Source: Candidatus Kuenenia stuttgartensis (lineage in GTDB: Bacteria; Planctomycetota; Brocadiia; Brocadiales; Brocadiaceae). From it: 32,000 nt of DNA. Shown piece after piece: positions 18,283 through 25,612 of this stretch. How positions within the stretch are numbered: the stretch's first letter is position 1; each line of letters starts with the position of its first letter. The notes beneath the pieces were generated by a model. The model worked only from the letters and a program-made list of their open reading frames with translations, had not been told where the DNA came from and did not search any database. Where the stretch lies: contig NZ_LT934425.1 in NCBI RefSeq assembly GCF_900232105.1, forward strand, positions 480,001 to 512,000. Reading direction: 5' to 3'. The position numbers were made by a program, and so were the translations under genes.

Positions 18283-18766
18283 GTTTCAATTCCTTATAGG
18301 TGCAATGAGACTTGTTGCGCAGAATGTATCATCTGCTCTCGTCCTCAGTTTCAATTCCTTATAGGTGCAATGAGACTAAAATATGAAAAATAAAATATTG
18401 TATTTTTTATTGTTTCAATTCCTTATAGGTGCAATGAGACTCTATTGAGGCCTATCTCCGCTTTTCCATAAATTATGTTTCAATTCCTTATAGGTGCAAT
18501 GAGACGGTTTCCATCGAGGGTGTCGGAATCGCCCCTGAGAAGTTTCAATTCCTTATAGGTGCAATGAGACATATGCCATTTGTTTTTGGCGGGCAGGCGC
18601 AAAAAAGTTTCAATTCCTTATAGGTGCAATGAGACAATAAGGCTGGATACCTCCGATAACCTCGGTATAAAGTTTCAATTCCTTATAGGTGCAATGAGAC
18701 GTTGTACAAAAACTTAATTTAGATTTATTTAAACAAAGTTTCAATTCCTTATAGGTGCAATGAGAC
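18283..18766 (-). CRISPR. Array block D (leader-proximal): 8 repeats
   Basis: Repeats start at 18283, 18348, 18412, 18477, 18542, 18607, 18672 and 18738. Confidence 0.95.
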
Positions 18767-19080
18767 CAGTTTTGTGGGTACAAATAATACAGAGACTTAT
18801 GACTTTTTTTCGTATGAAAAATGGCCATTTTGCTCGTCTACCTCTCATTATGTAAAAAACCCGGCAGGTCGACATGTAGTACTTAAACTGTCATCTCATG
18901 ACGGGATAACCTTCATTTCAATGTATCTAAATAGACCTGCAGAGACGTACGAACAGGTATTTACCCTAAGGTCGACAGGTTTTTTTATAATATTTAGCCA
19001 TCACGAAACACTTACTTATCCAAACAATGAAATACTTTTGTCGTATCATTGTATTCCAACAGTCAAAGCAAACCTAATAG
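18767..19080 (-). promoter_or_regulatory. Inferred CRISPR leader
   Basis: A 314-bp AT-rich non-coding stretch between the cas2 stop (19081) and the first repeat (18766). The position and orientation argument is given under the array. No promoter hexamers are called with confidence. Confidence 0.6.
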
Positions 19081-19347
19081 TCATAATATATTATCAACCG
19101 GTCTTTTGTCAAATCCAACAATCTCTTTATCCAGCCATTTTTCATTTCTTGATTTGAATACAATGAGTGAGTCCTTATCCTCCTCGTTCATGATCTTCTT
19201 TGCCTTTATCTTCAATTCTTCCAGTCTGGCTTCGGTAATTTCTCCCTCAAACACAGAATTTTGTATATGATGGAGGTAACCCCTGCAAAGCTTTAGCATC
19301 TTCGTGCATCGTTTCTGGTCCACATCGTACACAACAACAACGTACAT
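19081..19347 (-). CDS. cas2: CRISPR-associated endoribonuclease Cas2
   Basis: An 88-aa ORF starting MYVVVVYDV...QNSVFEG..., the typical Cas2 ferredoxin-fold start. An ATG start is preceded by GGAGAG. It lies adjacent to cas1 and the array. Confidence 0.9.
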   Translation of the reverse strand: MYVVVVYDVDQKRCTKMLKLCRGYLHHIQNSVFEGEITEARLEELKIKAKKIMNEEDKDSLIVFKSRNEKWLDKEIVGFDKRPVDNIL

Positions 19348-19359
19348 TGTTAATCTCTC

Positions 19360-19517
19360 CGTTCAAACAGATGAAACCGTTCAAGCCGGTTAAAGCCGTT
19401 TAAACCGCTTAAACCGTTTAAACCGTTTAAACCGCTTAAACCACTTAAACCGCTTAAACCACTTAAACCGCTTAAACCGCTTAAACCGCTTAAACCGCTT
19501 AAACCGTTCGAACGGTT
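19360..19517. repeat. 9-bp tandem repeat array a (about 17 units, CGYTTAAAC type) filling the cas1-cas2 gap
   Basis: Units read in register: CGTTCAAAC AGATGAAAC CGTTCAAGC ... (CGCTTAAAC/CACTTAAAC/CGTTTAAAC) x12 ... CGTTCGAAC. The array ends in the perfect palindrome AACCGTTCGAACGGTT. Confidence 0.9.
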
Positions 19518-19525
19518 ATGAAAAT

Positions 19526-20518
19526 TCACCACCAGATCTTAAATCCCTCATACCCTTGCTCACCAATCAGGTGTTTAACCAATTTATAACATTCCAGTCT
19601 TATAAGATACCGGTAAGAGACCTGCCTCTCAAGTTTCTTATGGCTGATAATTGTCTTCAGTTTCTCATCATATTCTTTAACAACGGTCTTTCTTCCCTTC
19701 TCATTAAGGTAACAGCAATTAACATCTGTCATAAAATCCTTCTCCGTAATCTGATGTCTGTTAAGTATGGTAAATATGGTTCTGTCGCTGAAAATAGGCT
19801 TAAAAACCTCCGCCATGTCGAGACTCAGGGAAAACCTCCGTTCACCCGGTTCATGGAGATAAGAGATCAGGGGATTTAACTGCGTATGGTATATTTCACC
19901 CAGACATGTCGTATAGACCATCGAGTTTAGATACGAGATCAAGGCATTAATCATATTGTCCGGAGGCTGCTTTACCCTGCGTTCAAATGCTATCTCCTGG
20001 TCAATAATGGTGGGCCACGCCTTGTAATACGTATTTCGGATGTTTCCTTCTATTCCCATCAACTCCTCCACGACCTCTGTTTTTTCGATCTGTGACCTGA
20101 AGCCTTCAATCGTACTGATATATTCATCCACTCCTTTTCCCCTGTTGCCATAATATCTCAGGTTCTTCAGGATATTGAAACTCGCTGCTTCGATAAACGC
20201 CCTTGCCAGGACAATTCTCTTCTGACGGCTCGTATAGTGGTTCACCTGCTTCACCAGGAGTTGCCCGGAGTTTAAGTATTCCCGCGGATAATAGCTGCCG
20301 GAATAATAACCATAGTAGTTGAATACATGCACCGGTATGCCTTTCTGCGCAAGATAATTAAAGAGTTTCGTATTGAAGTCAATCTCACCGAAAGCATAGA
20401 GGGCTTCTGTGTTCTCAATGGGTATTACGGCCTTAGAACCGTCTTCCTTTTCAAAGAAGATGGTATTTTCCTGTCGTTTCAAACGGCCGTTGTTAAAGAT
20501 GTAATAGTTCTGTTTCAT
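19526..20518 (-). CDS. cas1: CRISPR-associated endonuclease Cas1
   Basis: A 330-aa ORF. The N-terminus (YYIFNNGRLKRQENTIFFE...IPIENTEALYAFGEIDFNTKLFNYLAQKGIPVHVFNYYGYYSGSYYPRE) is characteristic of I-B-type Cas1. Confidence 0.92.
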   Translation of the reverse strand: MKQNYYIFNNGRLKRQENTIFFEKEDGSKAVIPIENTEALYAFGEIDFNTKLFNYLAQKGIPVHVFNYYGYYSGSYYPREYLNSGQLLVKQVNHYTSRQKRIVLARAFIEAASFNILKNLRYYGNRGKGVDEYISTIEGFRSQIEKTEVVEELMGIEGNIRNTYYKAWPTIIDQEIAFERRVKQPPDNMINALISYLNSMVYTTCLGEIYHTQLNPLISYLHEPGERRFSLSLDMAEVFKPIFSDRTIFTILNRHQITEKDFMTDVNCCYLNEKGRKTVVKEYDEKLKTIISHKKLERQVSYRYLIRLECYKLVKHLIGEQGYEGFKIWW

Positions 20519-20530
20519 AGTTTTAAAAAT

Positions 20531-20611
20531 AGTTTAAGCCGTTCAAACAGTTTCAACCGTTCAAGCAGAAAAACCATATCGGTTTAAACAGTTTGAACGG
20601 CTTAATCGGCG
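20531..20611. repeat. 9-bp repeat array b (about 9 units) in the cas4-cas1 gap, folding into a long hairpin
   Basis: The units are AGTTTAAGC CGTTCAAAC AGTTTCAAC CGTTCAAGC AGAAAAACC ATATCGGTT TAAACAGTT TGAACGGCT TAATCGGCG. The segment 20532-20558 is nearly perfectly complementary to 20581-20607. Confidence 0.8.
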
Positions 20612-20625
20612 TAGATTGTTCTTTA

Positions 20626-21138
20626 TTACACCCAGCACATATCCCCATAACTACAATTCTTGCACATCTTCATCCTTTGTATCGGCGGAGGTAATTCGGC
20701 TTCTACAAGCACTTTGATTTCGCTTACTATTGCATGAATCTTCTCATCATCTCCCGGTTCCAAAAACACGTCCAGGGTCTTTCTGAGCTTTGGATAATTA
20801 ATTTTACCCGTAATGCCTTCTACGCCCTTCTGTTTCAGATACCAGAGGTAATACTTCAACTGCCAGATATGCGGCTCTTCCACCTTGTCCGACTTCTTTA
20901 CCTCGTGAATGACCCTGTCTTTCCCGATGAAATCAATCTTGATAGTGCCGTCAATCTCGATCTCCTTATTCTCCCGTTCGTACGATGTCTCGTGGATCAG
21001 CTTACCGAGGTAGACCGCATCGCTGTTGTGCTCCATTTCAATATTTTTGGTAAAATACCAGAGCTTCTTCCTGCAGAGGAAGTAATAGTTAATCTGGGTG
21101 CCGGTGAAGCGGATAGATGTTTGTTCTGTAGTGTTCAT
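20626..21138 (-). CDS. cas4: CRISPR-associated exonuclease Cas4 (RecB-like, 4-Cys)
   Basis: A 170-aa ORF with an N-terminal Cys (YYFLCRKKLWY), a D...EVKK nuclease motif and the C-terminal cluster CKNCSYGDMC. Confidence 0.88.
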   Translation of the reverse strand: MNTTEQTSIRFTGTQINYYFLCRKKLWYFTKNIEMEHNSDAVYLGKLIHETSYERENKEIEIDGTIKIDFIGKDRVIHEVKKSDKVEEPHIWQLKYYLWYLKQKGVEGITGKINYPKLRKTLDVFLEPGDDEKIHAIVSEIKVLVEAELPPPIQRMKMCKNCSYGDMCWV

Positions 21139-21151
21139 TATTTATATCCAT

Positions 21152-21541
21152 TCATTCTTTCAATTTTCTCAATATACTGGCAAACTCACTTTTGTTAAGC
21201 TTTCCCGTTGAAAGGTCCAGCATAGCATCGTAGAGTTTCCCCTGAGAATCTGAAATGCTGATTCCATTAAGTTCGGGAAAAACCAGCGCAGATACCAGAG
21301 CGGTTCGCTTATTACCGTCAACAAAAGGATGGTTTTTACTGATGTGAAATGCATAAGCCACTGCCATTTCACAAATATCGTTATGCAAGTACTCACCATG
21401 AAAAGATGCGTGGGGCATTGCAATAGCTGAAGATAAGAGGTTTATATCCCTTATCCCCGGCAATCCTCCATACAATCTCATCTGATTGCTATGTATATCA
21501 ATGACTTCGGCAAGGGTCAGAAAAAGGATATCTTTCATCAT
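21152..21541 (-). CDS. doc: Doc (death-on-curing) / Fic-family toxin
   Basis: A 129-aa ORF carrying the Fic/Doc motif HPFVDGNKRTA. Its start overlaps the upstream antitoxin stop (ATGA at 21538-21541). Confidence 0.88.
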   Translation of the reverse strand: MMKDILFLTLAEVIDIHSNQMRLYGGLPGIRDINLLSSAIAMPHASFHGEYLHNDICEMAVAYAFHISKNHPFVDGNKRTALVSALVFPELNGISISDSQGKLYDAMLDLSTGKLNKSEFASILRKLKE

Positions 21542-21765
21542 TCAGCCAGCTTCTTAAGTGTTTTTTCGTGTTTTTTATTTATTTTCACTAAAGCCGCTCT
21601 AAACTTTTTATCTCTATCCTTGTCATGAACCGGAGAAATAATAAGATTTTTCCCGTCAGTGGTGATTTCAAGTGGTGTATTCATATCAACCTTGAGGATT
21701 TCCAGTATGGGTTTATCAATAATTAATGCTGCGCTGTTACCGTGTGGGACCAGATTTTTAAGCAT
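21538..21765 (-). CDS. AbrB/SpoVT/MazE-fold antitoxin partner of Doc
   Basis: A 75-aa ORF. The N-terminus (PHGNSAALIIDKPILEILKV) has the swapped-hairpin AbrB-type pattern. AGGAGG lies upstream of the ATG, and the gene overlaps doc by 4 nt. Confidence 0.75.
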   Translation of the reverse strand: MLKNLVPHGNSAALIIDKPILEILKVDMNTPLEITTDGKNLIISPVHDKDRDKKFRAALVKINKKHEKTLKKLAE

Positions 21766-21885
21766 ATTACCTCCTGAAATGTAGCATTTTGTAAATTTTT
21801 AATGCCACTAAGACACCAGGCATCAAAGAAAATACTGATGACTTAGTGACTGTATAGCAACCTCGAATTTTCTTAACGTAAAATT

Positions 21886-21924
21886 ATGTATATACATTGT
21901 ACTACCATAATATACTTCGTTCAA
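21886..21924 (-). promoter_or_regulatory. Candidate sigma70-type promoter plus palindromic operator for the antitoxin-doc(-cas4-cas1-cas2) unit
   Basis: On the minus strand, TTGAAC (21924-21919), 17 nt, then TACAAT (21901-21896). The perfect 12-nt palindrome ATGTATATACAT (21886-21897) abuts the -10. The site is about 130 nt upstream of the antitoxin ATG. Confidence 0.4.
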
Positions 21925-22156
21925 TATTTCTTCCTATTTCAGTGTCTCAAAATTATTTTTGACAGGATTCACGGGATAAGCAGGATATTTTAATCATGTT
22001 CATACTGTCCATCCCTGTTTTGTGAAATTCGTTTTTCTTAGTGTCCATTCGTGGCTAAACCCCTCGTCTTCAACTTTTGTATAGAGAAGATTCGTTGGTT
22101 CGTTGTCATTTAATCCTCCTCATCGGTGAGACGTACCAATTCATTTGTAATACCCC

Positions 22157-22918
22157 TCAAACAATTTTCTTATATTGTGTGAAATGTTTGCTGCTCTGGA
22201 CAAAACTATAAGGAATAACTGTTTTTACCAATATTCGATGTTCACCAAGCTTAACTGTCCCTGAGCCATAAGTACTTATACGATCAAAACCATCTTTGGC
22301 CTTACACAATACTTCCCCAAAATCATCCAGGTATTGAACCCATTGAAACTTACCGGTCAACAATCGCTCCTCCGGCTGTGGAAGTGTGTATCCTTCGGGA
22401 AGATTACCTTTGCAAATCGAATCCTTAATATATTGCCAGAAAGAGCCTCTCTTTCCTATGCAATTAATGTGACTACCTACCCTTCTTATCAAAGATACTG
22501 CATCTCCTGAAAGACCATTAATCCCTATCGCCACTTTCAGTTCAGCATCGGTATAAAAGCAAAACTCACGATAAGCAATGGTGGGAACATAGAAGCCTTT
22601 CGGGGCATCCCTTTCTTCCTGACGAATTTTTATAAAGGTATTCTGCACGATACAACCTGCCGGTGGGCTAAATCTTATTTCGCAGCCTTTAATAAGATCA
22701 AATACCTGCCGTGCCTTGATTTCGGCATTATTTTCATCAAAGCCCCTAAAGCAAGCATCAATCAAGGTCATCTTAAAAGCATAGGGAGTTGGAATCAAAA
22801 GGGTCTTTCCGCCCTTGCTTGTAGCATGGGTCATTCGAAGGGAAAAAAGGCTCACCGGTAAATAGCTTAGAATGAGCCATTTCCCTATTCCCCGGTCAAT
22901 TAATTTTTCCTCAACCAT
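22157..22918 (-). CDS. cas5: Cas5 (Cascade subunit)
   Basis: Positioned after cas7. The N-terminal pattern is FSLRMTHATSKGGKTLLIPTPYAFKMTLIDA (F.R...P.P....G/A). The preferred ATG at 22918 is preceded by GGAGG at 5-nt spacing and lies 1 nt after the cas7 stop. The track ORF starts at ATG 22930. Confidence 0.7.
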   Translation of the reverse strand: MVEEKLIDRGIGKWLILSYLPVSLFSLRMTHATSKGGKTLLIPTPYAFKMTLIDACFRGFDENNAEIKARQVFDLIKGCEIRFSPPAGCIVQNTFIKIRQEERDAPKGFYVPTIAYREFCFYTDAELKVAIGINGLSGDAVSLIRRVGSHINCIGKRGSFWQYIKDSICKGNLPEGYTLPQPEERLLTGKFQWVQYLDDFGEVLCKAKDGFDRISTYGSGTVKLGEHRILVKTVIPYSFVQSSKHFTQYKKIV

Positions 22919-22919
22919 G

Positions 22920-23903
22920 TTAGCCTCCATAAGGTTGAACCTTGCATATTATATCTGCCATTACCCCGCTAAATGCACCAAGCCCGTCAAATGGTGTAAC
23001 TGCTATCGGGTCGCCGGTTGTGGTCCTATTCAGATTACCGGCAATCTTTTTTATCTCGTCTCGATAATTTGAATTCAGTCCGCTAAGAACGGGGGCAGGC
23101 AACGTGCTTGTAGATGTGGCTATAATGCCAGTGAAATCAAGGATATGCGGGTGTTGCGTATTGCGGTGCGCGCCGGTTGGTTTGATAAAGGTATTGAGCA
23201 CACTCTTCAAAAGGGCTTTTATCCTGGCCTGCCTATCAATACCATCCACATAAGCAAGCGTGATATCATTCCGGCCAACCTTATAAAGGTCTACATTCAC
23301 TACTACTGCGTATTGACCGGAAGATGCGGGACGGTGAAAGATATTCTGCCCAAGATTTTCTCCTGCACCGGAGCCTTTTCCACGTCCTTCAGGCACATAT
23401 TTGGCGTGGAAGTATGATTCTGTCCGTGTATTATCAGGACATCCCACAACCCAGCCAAACTCAATGGCTGATTTGCGGGAAAGTGATTTTGTCCCGGCCC
23501 ATCCTGTAAGCATTATCCCTTCGCAATCATCAATGATACATTTAAAGAGTATTTTATCTAAGATAAAAGGATCCTTTTTATTCTGTCTTTCAGCTTCCGT
23601 ATATTCATTTAAAGACATGACATCTTTCTCGTACTCTGCATCAAATTTAATTCTATTTGCGTTGAAAATATCGCAGCCCTTGCATAAGGGAAGGTTATTT
23701 GATTTTGCCTCCATAAACAAATGTTCTGCCTGAATATGCTTGAACATGTCACCGGAAACGGCATTGACCGTATGATTCTTGCCTGTTGCATCCACAATTT
23801 CAACCATCCGCGTCATCATGGTGTTTCCTTCGCTGCCTTCATTGTTAAGGGCGTGCATGTTCATCGTTACAATGCCTGAAATACTTAAAGAGTGCAGTTT
23901 CAT
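22920..23903 (-). CDS. cas7: Cas7 (Cst2/DevR/Csa2-like backbone subunit)
   Basis: A 327-aa ORF. The N-terminal motif ISGIVTMNMHALNNEGSEGN is the hallmark of DevR/Cst2-type Cas7. AAGGAGGG lies upstream of the ATG. Confidence 0.85.
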   Translation of the reverse strand: MKLHSLSISGIVTMNMHALNNEGSEGNTMMTRMVEIVDATGKNHTVNAVSGDMFKHIQAEHLFMEAKSNNLPLCKGCDIFNANRIKFDAEYEKDVMSLNEYTEAERQNKKDPFILDKILFKCIIDDCEGIMLTGWAGTKSLSRKSAIEFGWVVGCPDNTRTESYFHAKYVPEGRGKGSGAGENLGQNIFHRPASSGQYAVVVNVDLYKVGRNDITLAYVDGIDRQARIKALLKSVLNTFIKPTGAHRNTQHPHILDFTGIIATSTSTLPAPVLSGLNSNYRDEIKKIAGNLNRTTTGDPIAVTPFDGLGAFSGVMADIICKVQPYGG

Positions 23904-23905
23904 AA

Positions 23906-25612
23906 TTATTTACCCTCCTTGTTTGTTATCGTTGGATTATCGGTTTCAATCTTTGGCGCTCTTGCGTAGCCATAGGCCAAAAGAAGCATACCGACTAGTT
24001 CACTCTGGTCTTTCCCGTTATTTTCAATAAGAGATATTACCTGATCAAGGTCTTCTTTTGAAACGGTATGATATTTACCTTCAAGCCTGTTTGTAACTTC
24101 CCAGTTATAATCCTGAACAAACTCGGCCAACACCGGGACGAATTCTTTTGCCCCACCTTTAATTTTTTGCTTCCATTTTTGGGCTAGACCGAAACGTACA
24201 TCCCATTTCTTGTTGTTTTGTTGCTGTAACCACAGGGCTGTTATAGTAGCATTTCTAATAGCCCAGGCAACACTTAAGAATCCCGTATTTTCTACAATCT
24301 CTTTCATTCCATATCCCCTTTCAAAAAGTATCGTTAGATTTTCAGTAGAAAATTCTTTTACCCCTTCTTTTTTACCTCGTTTTTCCATAGTATGGACTGC
24401 AAATTTCGCCAAAAAATCAAGCAGGTCTGACACGCTACCAGTTGTAAGCCATTTTCTGTATTGCTGGAGAATGGGAACATCGCCGGAATGGGTTTCATTC
24501 AGAGAGCCAAGACATCCAGGTTTTTTCTGAGCATAGTCTCCGATATGCTCCCTAATTATTTCGATAAACGCAATTGCATCATCTTTATTTTCAATGCGAA
24601 ACCAGTTTGGAATAGGCAAAAATGCATCATTCATCAAGGCTGCCGCTGTTCCCATGCTTTTGAAATATGCTTGCCGCAATCCTCTTATAACCTCAGCAGG
24701 TCTACGTCCGCGCAAACTGATCTTTCCCATAGTATCTTGTACAACATCCGAATGTATTATCAGTTCTTCAGCCAGACGCAATGTGGCCTCTATGTCAAGC
24801 CTTATTCCACCCCACAGCCTCAGATCGAGAAGTTTTCCCCTGAGCATAGACAGCGCCTTCGGCCCTATTTCGGCAGGCTCAATGACAAAGAGTTTAAAAT
24901 CGTCGCCATTACGGTAAGGGAGCATTGCAGCAGAAGCCCCTCTAAATTTCATCCACTCGGCGAAAGGTTCTACGACTTCACTATTGATAGCGCTAGGTGA
25001 TTTGTAAATGGTCTTGGTTGCATGCAAACCTTTTCCTGATGAAGGATTAAAAAACTGGCTGTTGCTTACTTTAGGTATTTCAACCTGTTCAAGGCGATCC
25101 AACCGATTGAGGCGTTCAAGCCATACTAGTTCAGATTGAACCCATTTAAGGACTTTTTCAGGATTTTGAATCACCCATAGATAGACGTCTTTATCGGAAC
25201 TCCAGCCTTTTCGCATTGACTCAAGGATTGCCGAAGGACCGTATTCGCGATTAACGCTTTCAACTGGAGATAAGCCTTGCTCTTCAAGTGCTTTGTTTAA
25301 TGCTTCTTTTTTCTTTTTACTACCCTTTTCCTTTGCTTTTACCCGGCCTTGTTCCTCCTCATAATCCAGCACCATAGTACCCTGTGGTTTTTCCTTTTCC
25401 TTGCTTTTTCGCCAAATGTAGTAAAACCCGGGAGACGGTGGTCTCCATTGTACATCAGGCACATCCGATGAATACTCAATTTTAAAATGAGTTCCCCTAT
25501 CTTGGATAATTGTTCCAACCCCGGCTACTTCTTCAAGTAGGCCTGCGGTGCCTATGGCTCTTAAGGAATCGGCATAAGTCCCCGTTCCTTTTGGAATTTC
25601 CACAACCTTCAT
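23906..25612 (-). CDS. cas8: Large Cascade subunit (Cas8-like)
   Basis: Its size (568 aa from ATG 25612) and its position between cas3 and cas7 support the call. ATG 25612 is preceded by GGAGGAGAGG and overlaps the cas3 stop (ATGA). The track ORF extends to GTG 25684, inside cas3. I recognised no family-specific motif. Confidence 0.6.
   Translation of the reverse strand: MKVVEIPKGTGTYADSLRAIGTAGLLEEVAGVGTIIQDRGTHFKIEYSSDVPDVQWRPPSPGFYYIWRKSKEKEKPQGTMVLDYEEEQGRVKAKEKGSKKKKEALNKALEEQGLSPVESVNREYGPSAILESMRKGWSSDKDVYLWVIQNPEKVLKWVQSELVWLERLNRLDRLEQVEIPKVSNSQFFNPSSGKGLHATKTIYKSPSAINSEVVEPFAEWMKFRGASAAMLPYRNGDDFKLFVIEPAEIGPKALSMLRGKLLDLRLWGGIRLDIEATLRLAEELIIHSDVVQDTMGKISLRGRRPAEVIRGLRQAYFKSMGTAAALMNDAFLPIPNWFRIENKDDAIAFIEIIREHIGDYAQKKPGCLGSLNETHSGDVPILQQYRKWLTTGSVSDLLDFLAKFAVHTMEKRGKKEGVKEFSTENLTILFERGYGMKEIVENTGFLSVAWAIRNATITALWLQQQNNKKWDVRFGLAQKWKQKIKGGAKEFVPVLAEFVQDYNWEVTNRLEGKYHTVSKEDLDQVISLIENNGKDQSELVGMLLLAYGYARAPKIETDNPTITNKEGK

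Larger units (their letters stand above)
9874..18766 (-). CRISPR. CRISPR array (whole extent, including three IS insertions)
   Basis: There are 51 copies of the 29-nt repeat GTTTCAATTCCTTATAGGTGCAATGAGAC (+ strand; no variants noticed by eye) at 62-67-nt spacing in four blocks. In addition there is one 5'-truncated repeat (12016-12031) and two internally deleted terminal repeats (9874-9886, 9923-9938). The reverse complement ends in ATTGAAAC, the typical source of the 8-nt crRNA 5' handle. Decayed repeats lie at the low-coordinate end, and cas2 plus an AT-rich leader lie at the high end, so transcription is inferred on the minus strand. Confidence 0.97.

Noticed and set aside
9967-18828. ORFs 9967..10206, 11931..12116, 12440..12685, 15022..15255, 15491..15838, 15974..16162 and 18610..18828, with recurring FQFLIGAMR / VSIPYRCNET / SHCTYKELKL peptides
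   Set aside because: They are translations of the CRISPR repeat in different frames and strands. The periodic peptide motif is the repeat itself, not a protein.
18774-19270. ORFs 18774..19157 and 19049..19270 on the + strand
   Set aside because: They cover the AT-rich leader and run antisense through cas2. Cas2 on the minus strand is clearly the real gene.
19350-19532. A 60-aa minus-strand ORF (GLSGLSGLS...) exactly filling the cas1-cas2 gap
   Set aside because: Two of the three frames of the 9-mer array are stop-free by construction. The start is a GTG buried in the cas1 stop region with no RBS. It cannot be strictly excluded, since it uses the same GL[SN] frame as the cas6 inserts, but a non-coding repeat is the simpler reading.
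21766-22156. Possible small gene or RNA in the 390-bp gap between the antitoxin gene and cas5
   Set aside because: There is no ORF of 60 aa or more and no convincing small ORF with an RBS. The region contains a candidate promoter plus imperfect palindromes (GACAGGAT.../...CCCTGTTTTGTGA, CACTAAG/CTTAGTG), which promoter/operator or REP-like sequence explains adequately. RNA-seq would be needed to say more.
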